A DNA stretch of 57,365 nt from a virus. Taxonomy: Duplodnaviria; Caudoviricetes. Location: positions 1-57,365 of IMG/VR virus record IMGVR_UViG_3300030001_000013. One strand, given 5' to 3'. Each line of letters starts with the position of its first letter. Within the stretch, counting starts at the first letter, position 1. A program made the translations under genes and the position numbers. This document shows, piece after piece, positions 38,960 through 49,235 of this stretch. Under the pieces are notes generated by a model. The model ran no database searches and had not been told where the DNA came from. It saw only the letters and a program-made list of their open reading frames with translations.

Positions 38960-41242
38960 TTAATCTTCCCCGTCATCTACTGTTCTAAACGAACCAAAAT
39001 CATAAACATATGAAGCATCACGCGTACAATTTGGGTGAGCAATAGGATTGTCTATCAGCCAATCACAAGACTTCTCACCATTCGCATCAATGCATTCCTG
39101 ACAGCCGCATTCTGCTAAATCTGTAACCAATAATGATTTAACACATTTCGATTCATTACCGACCTTTGCAAACCCTGTATTATATCCGACTGCCGATTCT
39201 GTCCGTGCCACTGTTTCTGCTCTATTTTCACTGAATGCATAATTCGTCTGCAAGCGTTCTGACAATTGATTCCAATCCTCTTCATTTGCTAAACTGTTTG
39301 ATATGCAATTTCTAACAAGATTAGTTGTTGTTTCTTCCATGCCTGCCAATACTTTAGCTCCACGATCTTCCATGTAATCAGCAATATGTTTTGATGCATC
39401 TAGCGACCCCATATTAACCTCTACGCCTTGTTTATATGCTTCTGTTCCAATCATACCCGCGCCGCCATTCCAACCAACACCGTAATAATCACCGACCGAA
39501 TCAGACAATGCTTGCATTACAGCATCAGACAATAGGTTATTGGCTTCAACAAACTTTATCAATTCTTCTGTTACGCCTATATCCTTCGCCTGATCTAATA
39601 AATCGTCTAGCGAATCTTGCAATGCAACATTAAGAGCTTGTTTTCCTTTCTCTCTTAACTTGTCTAATAGGTCATCATCGTTTTTTTTTACGTTACCGTA
39701 CATTTTATTAACGTCCTCTGGATTCGGCTCACTAGCAGGATTTGTGGCTGTTTTATCATTATTCTGATCATCCGTATTGACTTTATTTTGCAATATCGCC
39801 TGTGCTTGTGCCTTTTGCGTTTCCAACTGCGCTTGTGCCATATCTGTTTGCTGTTGTCTGCTTGCCGCCATTGCCTGTAATGTTTCTTCTGGAATAGGTG
39901 GCAACCCTGCTAATTCTAATAAATGATTCAATAATTGATCATTAGGGAATAATGTTGCCCCCGACTGTGTGAGTGAAGTCATAAACGTTGACAATTTCAA
40001 AAGGTCAGGAGGTTCTATTGGGTCATGCTCTAACGTTGGCAATGCTGTCAATCCGCTGAATGCGTTTAATTTGAATAACATAGGTATTGCCTTTTTGTTG
40101 AATACCTGCACGATTGAATCTAATATTGTGCCAATCGCTAACCCGAATAAATCCGTTTTATCTGTACTGAGTGCATTACTGCCGACACCCGTTAATCCCA
40201 GGAAAATAAAATCAGCCGCTACCGTTTGAGCAATACGCTGTTCATGCCGCGTGATGATTGCATTTGTATCAAAATTACGTTTACCGCCTGTTGTCATTAA
40301 TGAAAATGTGAATCCTGTGTCTTGACCGTCTGCTGTCTTTGCGGCAGGGAATACAATTCCTTCGCGCTTATCCTGACGAACTTGTTTAACCATCTTAGCA
40401 ACATAACGTAATGTTGACTTTTCTTCATCACTGGCGTTTTTGCTCATAACCTTTGCAGGTACTGTTGCAAATGGTATGCCTGCTAAATCGCGCTCAATGC
40501 CGATACCTTCGATCTGGATGATCTTTTTCTTGTAGTAGTATGAAACATATGCATTACGCAATATTGATCGACCTTCTGGATTGTTCTTTTCTGTATCATA
40601 TCTGAATAGCAAACACTTTTCATATGGAATGAAATTCAATTGATAAGTAGGTGGTGATAACTGCCACATTCCTAACAGATTATTCTTATCGTCAAATTCC
40701 CACTTCCAAAATGTTTCTTGCGCCCTGATGCTTATTTTACGAAAACCGATCTTGCCATCATTATATTGGCTGTTTGTTTTTGGGTCTCCTGTTTCGCCCA
40801 TACGCTTTTTAAATACCATTTCATGATAAGCCCAACCAAATGGTAACATGCTAAGAATATCGGAAAGCAACTCCTGAAATGTCTGCTCCATATCATTCAT
40901 TAAGCACTGATCTAAAAAGTCAGCCGCTTCTTTGTCTGCATCTGTATCGCCGCCCGCTTGCACGTAGAATCTTGATTGACGTACTAGCATCTTAATTGCA
41001 AAAAGCATTGCACCTACTACACTGCAATTGTCCCGCATTTCCTTATACTTCTTAATCCCATTCTGTCCTCTTAGATCATGTAGCCATTCCTCTTCTACCC
41101 AACCACTAACGCGGCTTAATCCGGTATTACCTACCTCAATAAGCGGATCAACCTCTGGTATATCTTCCTGTGCCATACCATCCATCAAATCTAATCCGTT
41201 TGTATTTACAATACCATTTATATTATTGTTCACATGTTCCAC
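38960..41242 (-). CDS. portal protein (DUF935-like) fused to a Mu gpF-like minor head domain
   Basis: MLPFGW..HE.V, NPEGRS.LR..Y, GIERDLAG.P; C-terminal RAETVARTE and HPNC. Confidence 0.85.
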   Translation of the reverse strand: MEHVNNNINGIVNTNGLDLMDGMAQEDIPEVDPLIEVGNTGLSRVSGWVEEEWLHDLRGQNGIKKYKEMRDNCSVVGAMLFAIKMLVRQSRFYVQAGGDTDADKEAADFLDQCLMNDMEQTFQELLSDILSMLPFGWAYHEMVFKKRMGETGDPKTNSQYNDGKIGFRKISIRAQETFWKWEFDDKNNLLGMWQLSPPTYQLNFIPYEKCLLFRYDTEKNNPEGRSILRNAYVSYYYKKKIIQIEGIGIERDLAGIPFATVPAKVMSKNASDEEKSTLRYVAKMVKQVRQDKREGIVFPAAKTADGQDTGFTFSLMTTGGKRNFDTNAIITRHEQRIAQTVAADFIFLGLTGVGSNALSTDKTDLFGLAIGTILDSIVQVFNKKAIPMLFKLNAFSGLTALPTLEHDPIEPPDLLKLSTFMTSLTQSGATLFPNDQLLNHLLELAGLPPIPEETLQAMAASRQQQTDMAQAQLETQKAQAQAILQNKVNTDDQNNDKTATNPASEPNPEDVNKMYGNVKKNDDDLLDKLREKGKQALNVALQDSLDDLLDQAKDIGVTEELIKFVEANNLLSDAVMQALSDSVGDYYGVGWNGGAGMIGTEAYKQGVEVNMGSLDASKHIADYMEDRGAKVLAGMEETTTNLVRNCISNSLANEEDWNQLSERLQTNYAFSENRAETVARTESAVGYNTGFAKVGNESKCVKSLLVTDLAECGCQECIDANGEKSCDWLIDNPIAHPNCTRDASYVYDFGSFRTVDDGED

Positions 41243-42528
41243 TCACTTTCATTTAAAAAATCATCGTCTATACCGTCAATCAATTCGCCATCAATTGCGC
41301 CTGTATCATATCTCATTTCGTCATTGATAGCATAACGCGATGTATCGATTGAATGATTGTTCTTATCAGGGAATTTCGCTTTCCAATTTCCCTCTCTATC
41401 TTTGTCATACTCATAATTCAAGAACTCTCTTGCTGTGTTTTGACATCTATCGTCATCAATGATAATCTCTGTTAAATCTTGCAAGAACTTAACACCGAAA
41501 TCAACCGAATCTTTACCCTTCTTACACGGCAAGACATTCATCTGATATTCGTCATTCAATTGTGCAATTGACTTACCTTCTGCACTATCTGCAATGATTT
41601 CATAGTTATCTGGATTTTGGACTTTTATCTCCCTTGCAAGTTTTCTGTTGCTCATGCCAACCTTGTGTATTTCAAAGAATATGAATAATCGTTTATTCTT
41701 TCTGTCAAAATGACATTCCATGTAATGAACAGGATCAATTGAATAACCGAAATCTATTCCTCGTCTTATCCGGTCGAATGATTCTATTTCAACATCTGAT
41801 ATTGTTCTGATCGTTATATTCTGGAATATCTCGCCGCCAATGCCGACTGGTATCCCTAAATATTCATGCTGATAAGCTTTTTCGTTTGTCTTGGATAATT
41901 GTTCGGCTTCAAACAAAAAGACCTTACCTAGCCAATCCCTTGGAACGGTTAAATAAGTGCTTTCATGTACTAACCTATCAGGCCGCTTTATCATTTTTTC
42001 GGAATTAACCCATGCTGATTTATTTCGCGGTGGATTATAAGAATAGAAGGCCACAAACGTTTCACCGCCACGCATTAACGATTGATTTACGCTTCTTATT
42101 TCTTCCATTCCGGCAAACTCTGCAAGTTCTTCATACCATACAAACTTTGCATATCCTTTGCTAAACTTGATAGACTTTAATTTCAATGGCGTATCTAATC
42201 CACGAAATATGATCTTTTGTCCTGTTGGCGTGTATGTCAATTCCATTGGTGATACTGTTGCTTTCCAAAACTCACTCACGCCTAATGCATCAATAGCCCA
42301 CAAGAACTGTGCATATATTGAATCTTTGCATGTATCTCGAATCTTACGCATTGCAACACAATTTGCTTCTGGGTCTTTCATCATTCCCAATATAATTTCA
42401 ACACTTATGAATGATGACTTCGTTGAACCACGTCCACCTGCAAGCCAGAAATGACTATACTTATTATTCTTGATTGCATTGTGGACACCATAGAAAGACG
42501 GCGCAATTAACTTTTTAAGGCTAATCAT
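41230..42528 (-). CDS. terL: terminase large subunit (PBSX family)
   Basis: GGRGSTKS, WYEE, SYNPP, GIDFG, NHSID..RY; start moved to MISLKK. Confidence 0.93.
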   Translation of the reverse strand: MISLKKLIAPSFYGVHNAIKNNKYSHFWLAGGRGSTKSSFISVEIILGMMKDPEANCVAMRKIRDTCKDSIYAQFLWAIDALGVSEFWKATVSPMELTYTPTGQKIIFRGLDTPLKLKSIKFSKGYAKFVWYEELAEFAGMEEIRSVNQSLMRGGETFVAFYSYNPPRNKSAWVNSEKMIKRPDRLVHESTYLTVPRDWLGKVFLFEAEQLSKTNEKAYQHEYLGIPVGIGGEIFQNITIRTISDVEIESFDRIRRGIDFGYSIDPVHYMECHFDRKNKRLFIFFEIHKVGMSNRKLAREIKVQNPDNYEIIADSAEGKSIAQLNDEYQMNVLPCKKGKDSVDFGVKFLQDLTEIIIDDDRCQNTAREFLNYEYDKDREGNWKAKFPDKNNHSIDTSRYAINDEMRYDTGAIDGELIDGIDDDFLNESEWNM

Positions 42529-42955
42529 CTTCTGATTCTGTATCCTGTGGAATATCGTCAACGATCTTAACGCCAATACTTCCACTGTGGTTCATATCGA
42601 CCCTTTCTTGTCTACCCCAATGCTGTGCATTCTTTCTTTCTTGTCTCCATGCCGCCGCTTGCCAAGCCCCTGCATCTGCCGCCCTCCCTATTGTCATATT
42701 GTCTCTGATCTCTGATTCTGCAAGGGATTTTTCTATTGCGTTCAGAAAGTTTCTATGGATACCTTTCTTTTGTTCATTCCCTTTTTTCATCCAATCATAC
42801 AAACTGGTCTTACTTACGCCAACAAAAGCCGCCGCTGTTTCTATATAATTACCTGCCGCAACTAACTTACAAACTTTGTCCTGTAACTCCTGTGTTAGCT
42901 TTGTTGGTCTTCCATTCGTCTTAGGCTTCTTGAATGCTTTTCCATCTTCTTCCAT
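42521..42955 (-). CDS. terS: terminase small subunit
   Basis: GRPTKLT HTH, WQAAAW..ER; directly upstream of terL. Confidence 0.85.
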   Translation of the reverse strand: MEEDGKAFKKPKTNGRPTKLTQELQDKVCKLVAAGNYIETAAAFVGVSKTSLYDWMKKGNEQKKGIHRNFLNAIEKSLAESEIRDNMTIGRAADAGAWQAAAWRQERKNAQHWGRQERVDMNHSGSIGVKIVDDIPQDTESEDD

Positions 42956-43040
42956 TTCCCTTTCCCCCAATAACAAAAGGACAGCCGCTTTGACTGCCCT
43001 TTACTCTTAATATAGAACGTATGTTTCATTACCGTATATT

Positions 43041-43511
43041 TTAGATAAACACCAGTAAATACAGGATGTAACCAAAATAGACAAGACCTATTATATTAGA
43101 AAAAATTACTTTTGGAATGTATTTCCGTTCTACTAATTCCCAATATATTTTTTGAACATACTCTAATTCCCCTTGCTTATATGATTGATATTTTGCATAT
43201 AAATATCTAATCACCGATAAAGAAAATAATATAATCGTTGGGTAAAATATTATATCCAATGCAAAAAACATATAAATATAATTAGATATCATAACAAATA
43301 AGCTAAATAATACATATAAAACTGTTTTCATATCTAATCCTTTGCCTATTTCTTCCTCAATACTTATATTTCCGGTATATGTCCAGAATCCAGTTTCCCT
43401 TTTTAACATCTGATACCTTAATGAATCTATTGTTGCATCCCTACATAACGGCTGACCGAACTTGTGCAAACTAATCACAATAAAAAATACTGTAGCTATA
43501 ATCATAAGCAT
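43041..43511 (-). CDS. membrane protein
   Basis: About four TM helices, very AT-rich. Confidence 0.6.
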   Translation of the reverse strand: MLMIIATVFFIVISLHKFGQPLCRDATIDSLRYQMLKRETGFWTYTGNISIEEEIGKGLDMKTVLYVLFSLFVMISNYIYMFFALDIIFYPTIILFSLSVIRYLYAKYQSYKQGELEYVQKIYWELVERKYIPKVIFSNIIGLVYFGYILYLLVFI

Positions 43512-43530
43512 TTATATATTACCCCTTACC

Positions 43531-43845
43531 TTATCTTAATTTTATTAATAAAAAACACGCTGTCCACATTGCTATTACAAATATAACAAACGTGAATATA
43601 AGCAAATTCTTTGCTGTTTGCCGCCGCTTCATTTGTTCCATTGCACCTTTTAATATTTCTTTGTCTGATTCTTTACTATCACTTTTAATAACAATATCTT
43701 TTTCCCATTTATGTTTTTGTAATTCTTCATACATATGTTTAGGAATGATAATTTCACCGCTAGTATGAACCATTGCAAATAATTCAGGCGTAATTGTTTC
43801 AAGCGGACTTTTACCATATTCTTTCCGCTTTCGTTTGTGTCTCAT
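43531..43845 (-). CDS. hypothetical protein with C-terminal TM helix
   Basis: 104 aa with a hydrophobic C-terminus. Confidence 0.55.
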   Translation of the reverse strand: MRHKRKRKEYGKSPLETITPELFAMVHTSGEIIIPKHMYEELQKHKWEKDIVIKSDSKESDKEILKGAMEQMKRRQTAKNLLIFTFVIFVIAMWTACFLLIKLR

Positions 43846-43864
43846 TGTATATTCACTCCCTTAT

Positions 43865-44578
43865 TTAAAATGGAACTTTCAACGTAGGATTCGTACTTTT
43901 CTTGAAATCATATTTCACTATGTTGTTTCCCCACTTATGAATCATAATCTCTGACTGATATTTTTCTTCGTCAATTGTTCTATAAGCCGCACACCCGCCC
44001 GCCATATCTAAATGTTTTGCAATGTAATGCCATTTATCAAACCTCAATACTTTACGATACTTGAAACAATGTTGTAAAAAGAAATCATAATCTTCATTCA
44101 GACTTAAACTTTCATCATATCTCAAATCATTTTTTATATGGCAACATAGCGTTCCTAATACCGGAACATTTACCGATATAGGCAACCATTCGTAATAGAA
44201 TAAATTAGCTTCGTTTACGTTTACGCCCCATAACTTAGAACCCGCACCACTCGCTATTTCAAATCCCATTTTTAAGAAATCCATAAAATAATCTTCATCT
44301 ACTGAAATAGGACTTCCATTTTCCCTGTATCCTACTTTTACTATGTCATCATCCATCATGACCACATGATCATCTTTACTGAATCCATAGTCTAACATCC
44401 AATTTCTTATTCTTGCCATATTACCACGTATGTTATCAGGCATCGTGACAATCTCGCCGCCCTCCTTATCCCTGTATTCCATGTATTCAAACTCATGCAC
44501 ACATAATACTGCATCGTGTAGCCAACGCCTTGTAAGGACTTCCCCTGCGCGCTTATATGATGGTACTAATATAATCAT
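43865..44578 (-). CDS. GREB1-like / TET-associated glycosyltransferase (TAGT, GT-A fold)
   Basis: VPSYKR, RNW, MMDDDI, LWG, EDYDF, GGC...R motifs. Confidence 0.8.
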   Translation of the reverse strand: MIILVPSYKRAGEVLTRRWLHDAVLCVHEFEYMEYRDKEGGEIVTMPDNIRGNMARIRNWMLDYGFSKDDHVVMMDDDIVKVGYRENGSPISVDEDYFMDFLKMGFEIASGAGSKLWGVNVNEANLFYYEWLPISVNVPVLGTLCCHIKNDLRYDESLSLNEDYDFFLQHCFKYRKVLRFDKWHYIAKHLDMAGGCAAYRTIDEEKYQSEIMIHKWGNNIVKYDFKKSTNPTLKVPF

Positions 44579-45300
44579 GACTTGCTATTAACCAACTTTA
44601 CTATGTCAGCACCCCGAACAACACGCCCTATGCTTTTTCTGCTCGTCTTGCCTGTCTTTTCATCTTTTATGCGCATGCCTGTTGAATCCGTTACTATCTT
44701 TAAGCCGAATGTTTCTATAGCCGCGTTCCAATCAACCGAATTATCAAAATACAAAACTAATATATTATGCTCCTCGAATAATTCAGGCGTTAACTCAATT
44801 TCCGGCTTGTCGATTATGTCCGCGTTTTCCGTCATCATCTTTTCTATTTCGTCCTCTGTAAAACCTGTTAGCTCGATATCAATTATTCCTGTGTCTACCT
44901 CTGCCAATAAATCTTTTAACGAACCCTTATCATTCTTCGATAATTCCGCTATTTTGTTATCTGCTAATAAATCCGCGTATTCTTCGGCTTCGCTTGCATA
45001 ATCTTGACGATCTATTGGAACTTGACTAACTCCTAATTTCTGTGCCGCCATTAATCGGCCATGACCCTTTACAACAAATCCCGATCTATTAGATACAACA
45101 ATCGGATTTCGCCACCCCTGCGCCTTTATGATCTTTGCTAATAATTCAATCTGTTTGTCATTATGCTTATTAGGATTCTTTGGCTGTGGTACTACACTTT
45201 CAATATTCACGATTTCAGAATGTGAACAATATACCGGAATACCATCTGCTAGAAATTCGACTGTTCCCTCATATACATAATTATCTGGTAAACTTTCCAC
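44575..45300 (-). CDS. ParB/Srx N-terminal domain protein
   Basis: P.NPNKH...QI..LA..I...GW.NPIVV, GHGRL.AA, L.ADNKIAE. Confidence 0.85.
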   Translation of the reverse strand: MESLPDNYVYEGTVEFLADGIPVYCSHSEIVNIESVVPQPKNPNKHNDKQIELLAKIIKAQGWRNPIVVSNRSGFVVKGHGRLMAAQKLGVSQVPIDRQDYASEAEEYADLLADNKIAELSKNDKGSLKDLLAEVDTGIIDIELTGFTEDEIEKMMTENADIIDKPEIELTPELFEEHNILVLYFDNSVDWNAAIETFGLKIVTDSTGMRIKDEKTGKTSRKSIGRVVRGADIVKLVNSKS

Positions 45301-45311
45301 TTTGATTCCCC

Positions 45312-45704
45312 CTAGAATAAACTATAATCTTGTATTTTATCGACCGTTTTCTTTTCGACCCTGACAACTTTTATTTCTGCCGTTATACCTTCCCATTCAA
45401 GAACTTTCATTCCTGTTCTTGCTTCAAGCCAATTAGCAAATACTCTCCGGCTTGAAAATGCGCCTTTATCTTCATTTGTTAATACTATTGAATCCTTACC
45501 TAGAATCGTTATGATCTTATCAGGATTTAATTTATCTAACTGTTTCATGTATGCCTTGATAAACTGTGTAGGTCTTAATCCTGAAATTCTTATATCCGGC
45601 ACTAAATCTCTGCACACTTTACCTGTGAACCATTGCGGATATTCTGAACTAATTGCAATCGCATTGTCCATCTTGCCGCATGTATCATAATTAGACGTAT
45701 ACAT
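45312..45704 (-). CDS. DUF488-like protein
   Basis: MYTS.Y, AIS...P.WF, L.P, Y..QL..L pattern. Confidence 0.65.
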   Translation of the reverse strand: MYTSNYDTCGKMDNAIAISSEYPQWFTGKVCRDLVPDIRISGLRPTQFIKAYMKQLDKLNPDKIITILGKDSIVLTNEDKGAFSSRRVFANWLEARTGMKVLEWEGITAEIKVVRVEKKTVDKIQDYSLF

Positions 45705-46017
45705 TATATTCTCTCTCCCAAAACGCAGGATATAAACCTGCTAAATATAATTCAACTTCATTTTGTAATTGCTTGCTGTTATTTCCGAAATGCAAATCTT
45801 GATGGCATTGATAGCATAAAACCGCACCACATTCGATTCTATCTTGTTTATATGGTCCAAATCTTTGATGGTGGAACTTTTCTTCTCTGCTTACCCATCT
45901 ATGGCATAGGATGCAACGATCATTATCTCTATCAAAAATAGACTCTTGCAATGCTTTTATCTTTTTCGGGTTTTTTGTTCGTTTGTTTTTATGCTTTGTT
46001 AATGGATAGCACCACAT
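45691..46017 (-). CDS. HNH endonuclease
   Basis: RD..RCILC, HH, LC..CH...H; start moved to MWCYPL after AGGAGG. Confidence 0.8.
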   Translation of the reverse strand: MWCYPLTKHKNKRTKNPKKIKALQESIFDRDNDRCILCHRWVSREEKFHHQRFGPYKQDRIECGAVLCYQCHQDLHFGNNSKQLQNEVELYLAGLYPAFWEREYNVYV

Positions 46018-46129
46018 GTTTGTCCTCCTATAAGAAAAAGCAATACCGATAGCAATAATTCTGCCGCTTTCGATATTGCTTAAATCTATTTTTACTAACA
46101 CAATTATACTACACATTTAAGCGTTTTTA

Positions 46130-46384
46130 CTATACTTTTTTTATACTGCCTGTTTCTTCATCCATCTTGCTAATTTTTAGAAGAAGAGTAGCAACCTGTT
46201 TTATTAATTCTTCTCTTGTTCTTCCAATAGCTAATATTCCATAAGCTTTATCAAGAGGATTTTTTTGTTGTTTCCCGACCTCTATGTTAACGTCAGCTAA
46301 GATTTTACCAAAATCACTGGATATGAATACATGTGAAGCGAAAAACTCCATTGCTTCTTTATCTGATATTGTTCCTATTCCCAC
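46130..46384 (-). CDS. hypothetical protein
   Basis: GTG start with AAGGAG RBS. Confidence 0.55.
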   Translation of the reverse strand: MGIGTISDKEAMEFFASHVFISSDFGKILADVNIEVGKQQKNPLDKAYGILAIGRTREELIKQVATLLLKISKMDEETGSIKKV

Positions 46385-46399
46385 GCAAATTGCTCCTTT

Positions 46400-46639
46400 C
46401 TATTGTTCATCTGCTTGCTGTTCTCCCCATATTACGAATTGATCTTTGCAATTCTTATCGTCAATAGCGCATGGTGGCTTTTGACAACAATATCCGCACC
46501 CATTAATTATATTGTCAATTGTTTCGTAAAACTCTTCTGATGTGCAATGTTCTAGCTGTTCAACTAATCTTTGCATGTTTGTCATTTTACATTTTCCCCT
46601 TTCGCCGCAACACACATTGCCATCATCGTTATTCCACAT
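46400..46639 (-). CDS. small Cys-rich protein
   Basis: CGYCC..PPC motif; true start probably MTNMQ. Confidence 0.5.
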   Translation of the reverse strand: MWNNDDGNVCCGERGKCKMTNMQRLVEQLEHCTSEEFYETIDNIINGCGYCCQKPPCAIDDKNCKDQFVIWGEQQADEQ

Positions 46640-46699
46640 GTTCCACCAATTAATAGCCCTATAACAAATGAACTAATAACCCATGTTGTACTATACATA

Positions 46700-47017
46700 T
46701 TAATCAACTTCCAATCCGGCTTCATTCTTGTAATACAAAATTGTTCCCTCTATGCAATCATTAGGAATATCTTTCCAGCATGTTTCCCCTTTAACCTCAT
46801 ACATGCAATTGCGGCAGGGATGACCCATATCATCCCTAGCCATCATTTTTAAAGCCGCTTCATATTTAGGCTGATCTTCTAAAGCTTTAATTGCCTTTTC
46901 AATAGCTTCGGCTTTGTCCAATGCTGATTTATGATCTACACCGAAAACACTTTTATATGCCATTGCTCCGTTTTTGTATTCATTCTGTATTTTTAGAAGA
47001 ATTTCAACTATGTCCAC
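46700..47017 (-). CDS. hypothetical protein
   Basis: 105 aa with CxxC. Confidence 0.55.
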   Translation of the reverse strand: MDIVEILLKIQNEYKNGAMAYKSVFGVDHKSALDKAEAIEKAIKALEDQPKYEAALKMMARDDMGHPCRNCMYEVKGETCWKDIPNDCIEGTILYYKNEAGLEVD

Positions 47018-47018
47018 T

Positions 47019-47273
47019 TTAAACGCTCCTATACTCTATATTATAAAATCTGTCCTGAATCTCTCTCAATAAATTTTCATCAATCTGTGATCTGTTTAAT
47101 ACAATGACAAGACTTTGCCTATCAACTCCACGAATCTTTTCAATCGTTGATACAAATTTGTAATAGCGCAAATCAGCTTCACTTTCTAGCTCGATTTCAC
47201 ACATGAACATTTTGTATGTTTCCATGTTATGAGAAACAATAACTATTTCACAATCCACTATTCGCCATCCCAT
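47019..47273 (-). CDS. hypothetical protein
   Basis: 84 aa, in operon. Confidence 0.5.
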   Translation of the reverse strand: MGWRIVDCEIVIVSHNMETYKMFMCEIELESEADLRYYKFVSTIEKIRGVDRQSLVIVLNRSQIDENLLREIQDRFYNIEYRSV

Positions 47274-47629
47274 TTCTTCCCTGTTTCCTCTTCATATGCA
47301 TCTTTCGCAAGTTCACACCCGCCGCCCTCACATGATGAATTTGGATACCCTTGATGTAATGGTTCATCACCATATTCTGTACATGCACAATATTTGCAAA
47401 TGGCTAATGGATAATCATATTTATCTTTATTATAGATAACCGAAAACTTTTCATTTTCCCAAAAGCAAATTGGTTTTCCTGCATCATCAATCAATTCATA
47501 GCCTTTGCCTGATGCAAGAGGTCTTATTTCAGCGATTGTTTTCTGTGAAAAATATTCTTTAGCACCGACCCTATATGTTCCTATACCATGTATGCCGTGT
47601 ATTCCTAATTCAATTATTTTGCGCTCCAT
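47258..47629 (-). CDS. hypothetical protein with Cys cluster
   Basis: CKYC...CEGGGC; start moved to MERK. Confidence 0.55.
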   Translation of the reverse strand: MERKIIELGIHGIHGIGTYRVGAKEYFSQKTIAEIRPLASGKGYELIDDAGKPICFWENEKFSVIYNKDKYDYPLAICKYCACTEYGDEPLHQGYPNSSCEGGGCELAKDAYEEETGKKWDGE

Positions 47630-48156
47630 TATTCCATACCGTCCCAATTCCATATTCTTTGTTGACCTCTCGCTGGAACTGGCGCAATGCGCTGAACATT
47701 TTCTAATGCCCATGCATACCGCCTAGGTGTCCAATCTCCAAAAGCAATTTCTTGAGAGGATGGAACAATATACTTTCCGAAATCAGGATGATGCTTGTCA
47801 TTTGCCATGGATTCTGCACCTATATTAATATTCTTCGCAATATCAATATTAGTACCAGGATGATAAACGATGTAATAGCAATCCACTAAATCAGCAATTG
47901 CAATGACCTTTCCAAAGGTTTCCCCATTGCTTACTCGACCTAAAAAAGTGTTGCAACTGTATTCATCTAATACTTTAAAAAGTGAACTGTGAAACGGCTC
48001 TTTATCGATCAATCCTTTTTGTTGTTGTCCAAACTGTTTAGCCGCATGAATCGCGATTTCCCCCCGATACTTTGTAGGCCAGCCTCTCGTTTCGTAACGT
48101 TTCGCGCCGCAAGCGATTAAACTCGCCCACGGCTCTAAAATTGTTATAGCTTTCAT
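47629..48156 (-). CDS. ASCH domain protein
   Basis: MKAITI.EPWASLI..G.K.YETR.W...YRG.IAIHA; RYAW.L; ARGQQRIW. Confidence 0.9.
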   Translation of the reverse strand: MKAITILEPWASLIACGAKRYETRGWPTKYRGEIAIHAAKQFGQQQKGLIDKEPFHSSLFKVLDEYSCNTFLGRVSNGETFGKVIAIADLVDCYYIVYHPGTNIDIAKNINIGAESMANDKHHPDFGKYIVPSSQEIAFGDWTPRRYAWALENVQRIAPVPARGQQRIWNWDGME

Positions 48157-48593
48157 ACGTCTGCACCTTCCTTGTATATTTCTGCATATCTCCAAGGTAT
48201 TGCATCGTCAGAACTTCCTGTAAATGATGTTTTACCACTATCAAACGCAAAATACATGCCATTTTTAAAATGAGAAAAATGTTTTCTAGTTTTCTTTGCG
48301 CCGCGACTGTCGTTATCCCATACAAGAATTTTTGTATCTACTGCCCAATCAACAGGAGGTTCCCGTTTCCAAAGGTAATTATCAGTAACTAGCATATCCG
48401 ATAAAGAACCACTTTCAGGACGTAATACTGCTATAATATCTAATGCTTTGTCGGTTTCATGCCGCAAATCATGGTCATATTCATCTAGCAATATAGAAAA
48501 ATTAATTCCAGATATAGAATTTATTGCGACTACTAATCTTTCATGCGTAGCTAATTCAACTACCATGAAAACACCTAAATCATTTTTTTTCAT
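48153..48593 (-). CDS. hypothetical phage protein
   Basis: VDW.VDT.ILV.D...HF..F......F..G.TS domain. Confidence 0.65.
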   Translation of the reverse strand: MKKNDLGVFMVVELATHERLVVAINSISGINFSILLDEYDHDLRHETDKALDIIAVLRPESGSLSDMLVTDNYLWKREPPVDWAVDTKILVWDNDSRGAKKTRKHFSHFKNGMYFAFDSGKTSFTGSSDDAIPWRYAEIYKEGADV

Positions 48594-49140
48594 TTACCGT
48601 ACCTTCTCTTTCTAGGCTTTTAATAACGCACATTGCTAATGAAAATGCAGACTGTTGCATTGATTCTTTACTTAAACTTTCGGCACTATCGCTACCCTTT
48701 GCCAATTCTATCATCATAAGCAATGTTACCCGCATTATTACTTCCTGTTCTGCATTATAAATTATACCTTGATTTCCTTCTTTCATGATATTCCATAATA
48801 TATATTGGCTTGTTGGATTCGAAACAATATCTAAACCACTTGGATTTTTTGAATATACCCATAAATCATTTATCATTTTGTTATATATCATTGCATCATT
48901 GCCTAATATTGCTGAAATCTTCAAAATTTCCGTTGCATTAAACTTTGTGCCTGCACTATCGCATACCAATTTGCCGAAATTCTTAACCATCCGCACTGTA
49001 CACATTAGCAAATCAGGCAAATTTGTATTCTGACTGATCAACTGCGGACGTTTACCGCCAACGCTTACTAAAATGTACTTGCTTGTACTATCCTTAACGA
49101 TTTCCATTGCCTCGAATCTGCTCATTTCTTTGTTTTCCAT
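48580..49140 (-). CDS. hypothetical protein
   Basis: 186 aa with AGGGAG RBS; follows repeat C. Confidence 0.6.
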   Translation of the reverse strand: MENKEMSRFEAMEIVKDSTSKYILVSVGGKRPQLISQNTNLPDLLMCTVRMVKNFGKLVCDSAGTKFNATEILKISAILGNDAMIYNKMINDLWVYSKNPSGLDIVSNPTSQYILWNIMKEGNQGIIYNAEQEVIMRVTLLMMIELAKGSDSAESLSKESMQQSAFSLAMCVIKSLEREGTVNEKK

Positions 49141-49178
49141 GTTATCGTCTCCCTATATTTATTTTTTGGTGGAATGGT

Positions 49179-49227
49179 TTGGCACTCCATGAAGCCCACT
49201 CGATAGAATGGACTTTTGCAATGTCAA
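49179..49227 (-). repeat. hairpin repeat copy C
   Basis: Minus strand TTGACATTGCAAAAGTCCATTCTATCGAGTGGGCTTCATGGAGTGCCAA. Confidence 0.9.
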
Positions 49228-49235
49228 TTTTTCAC

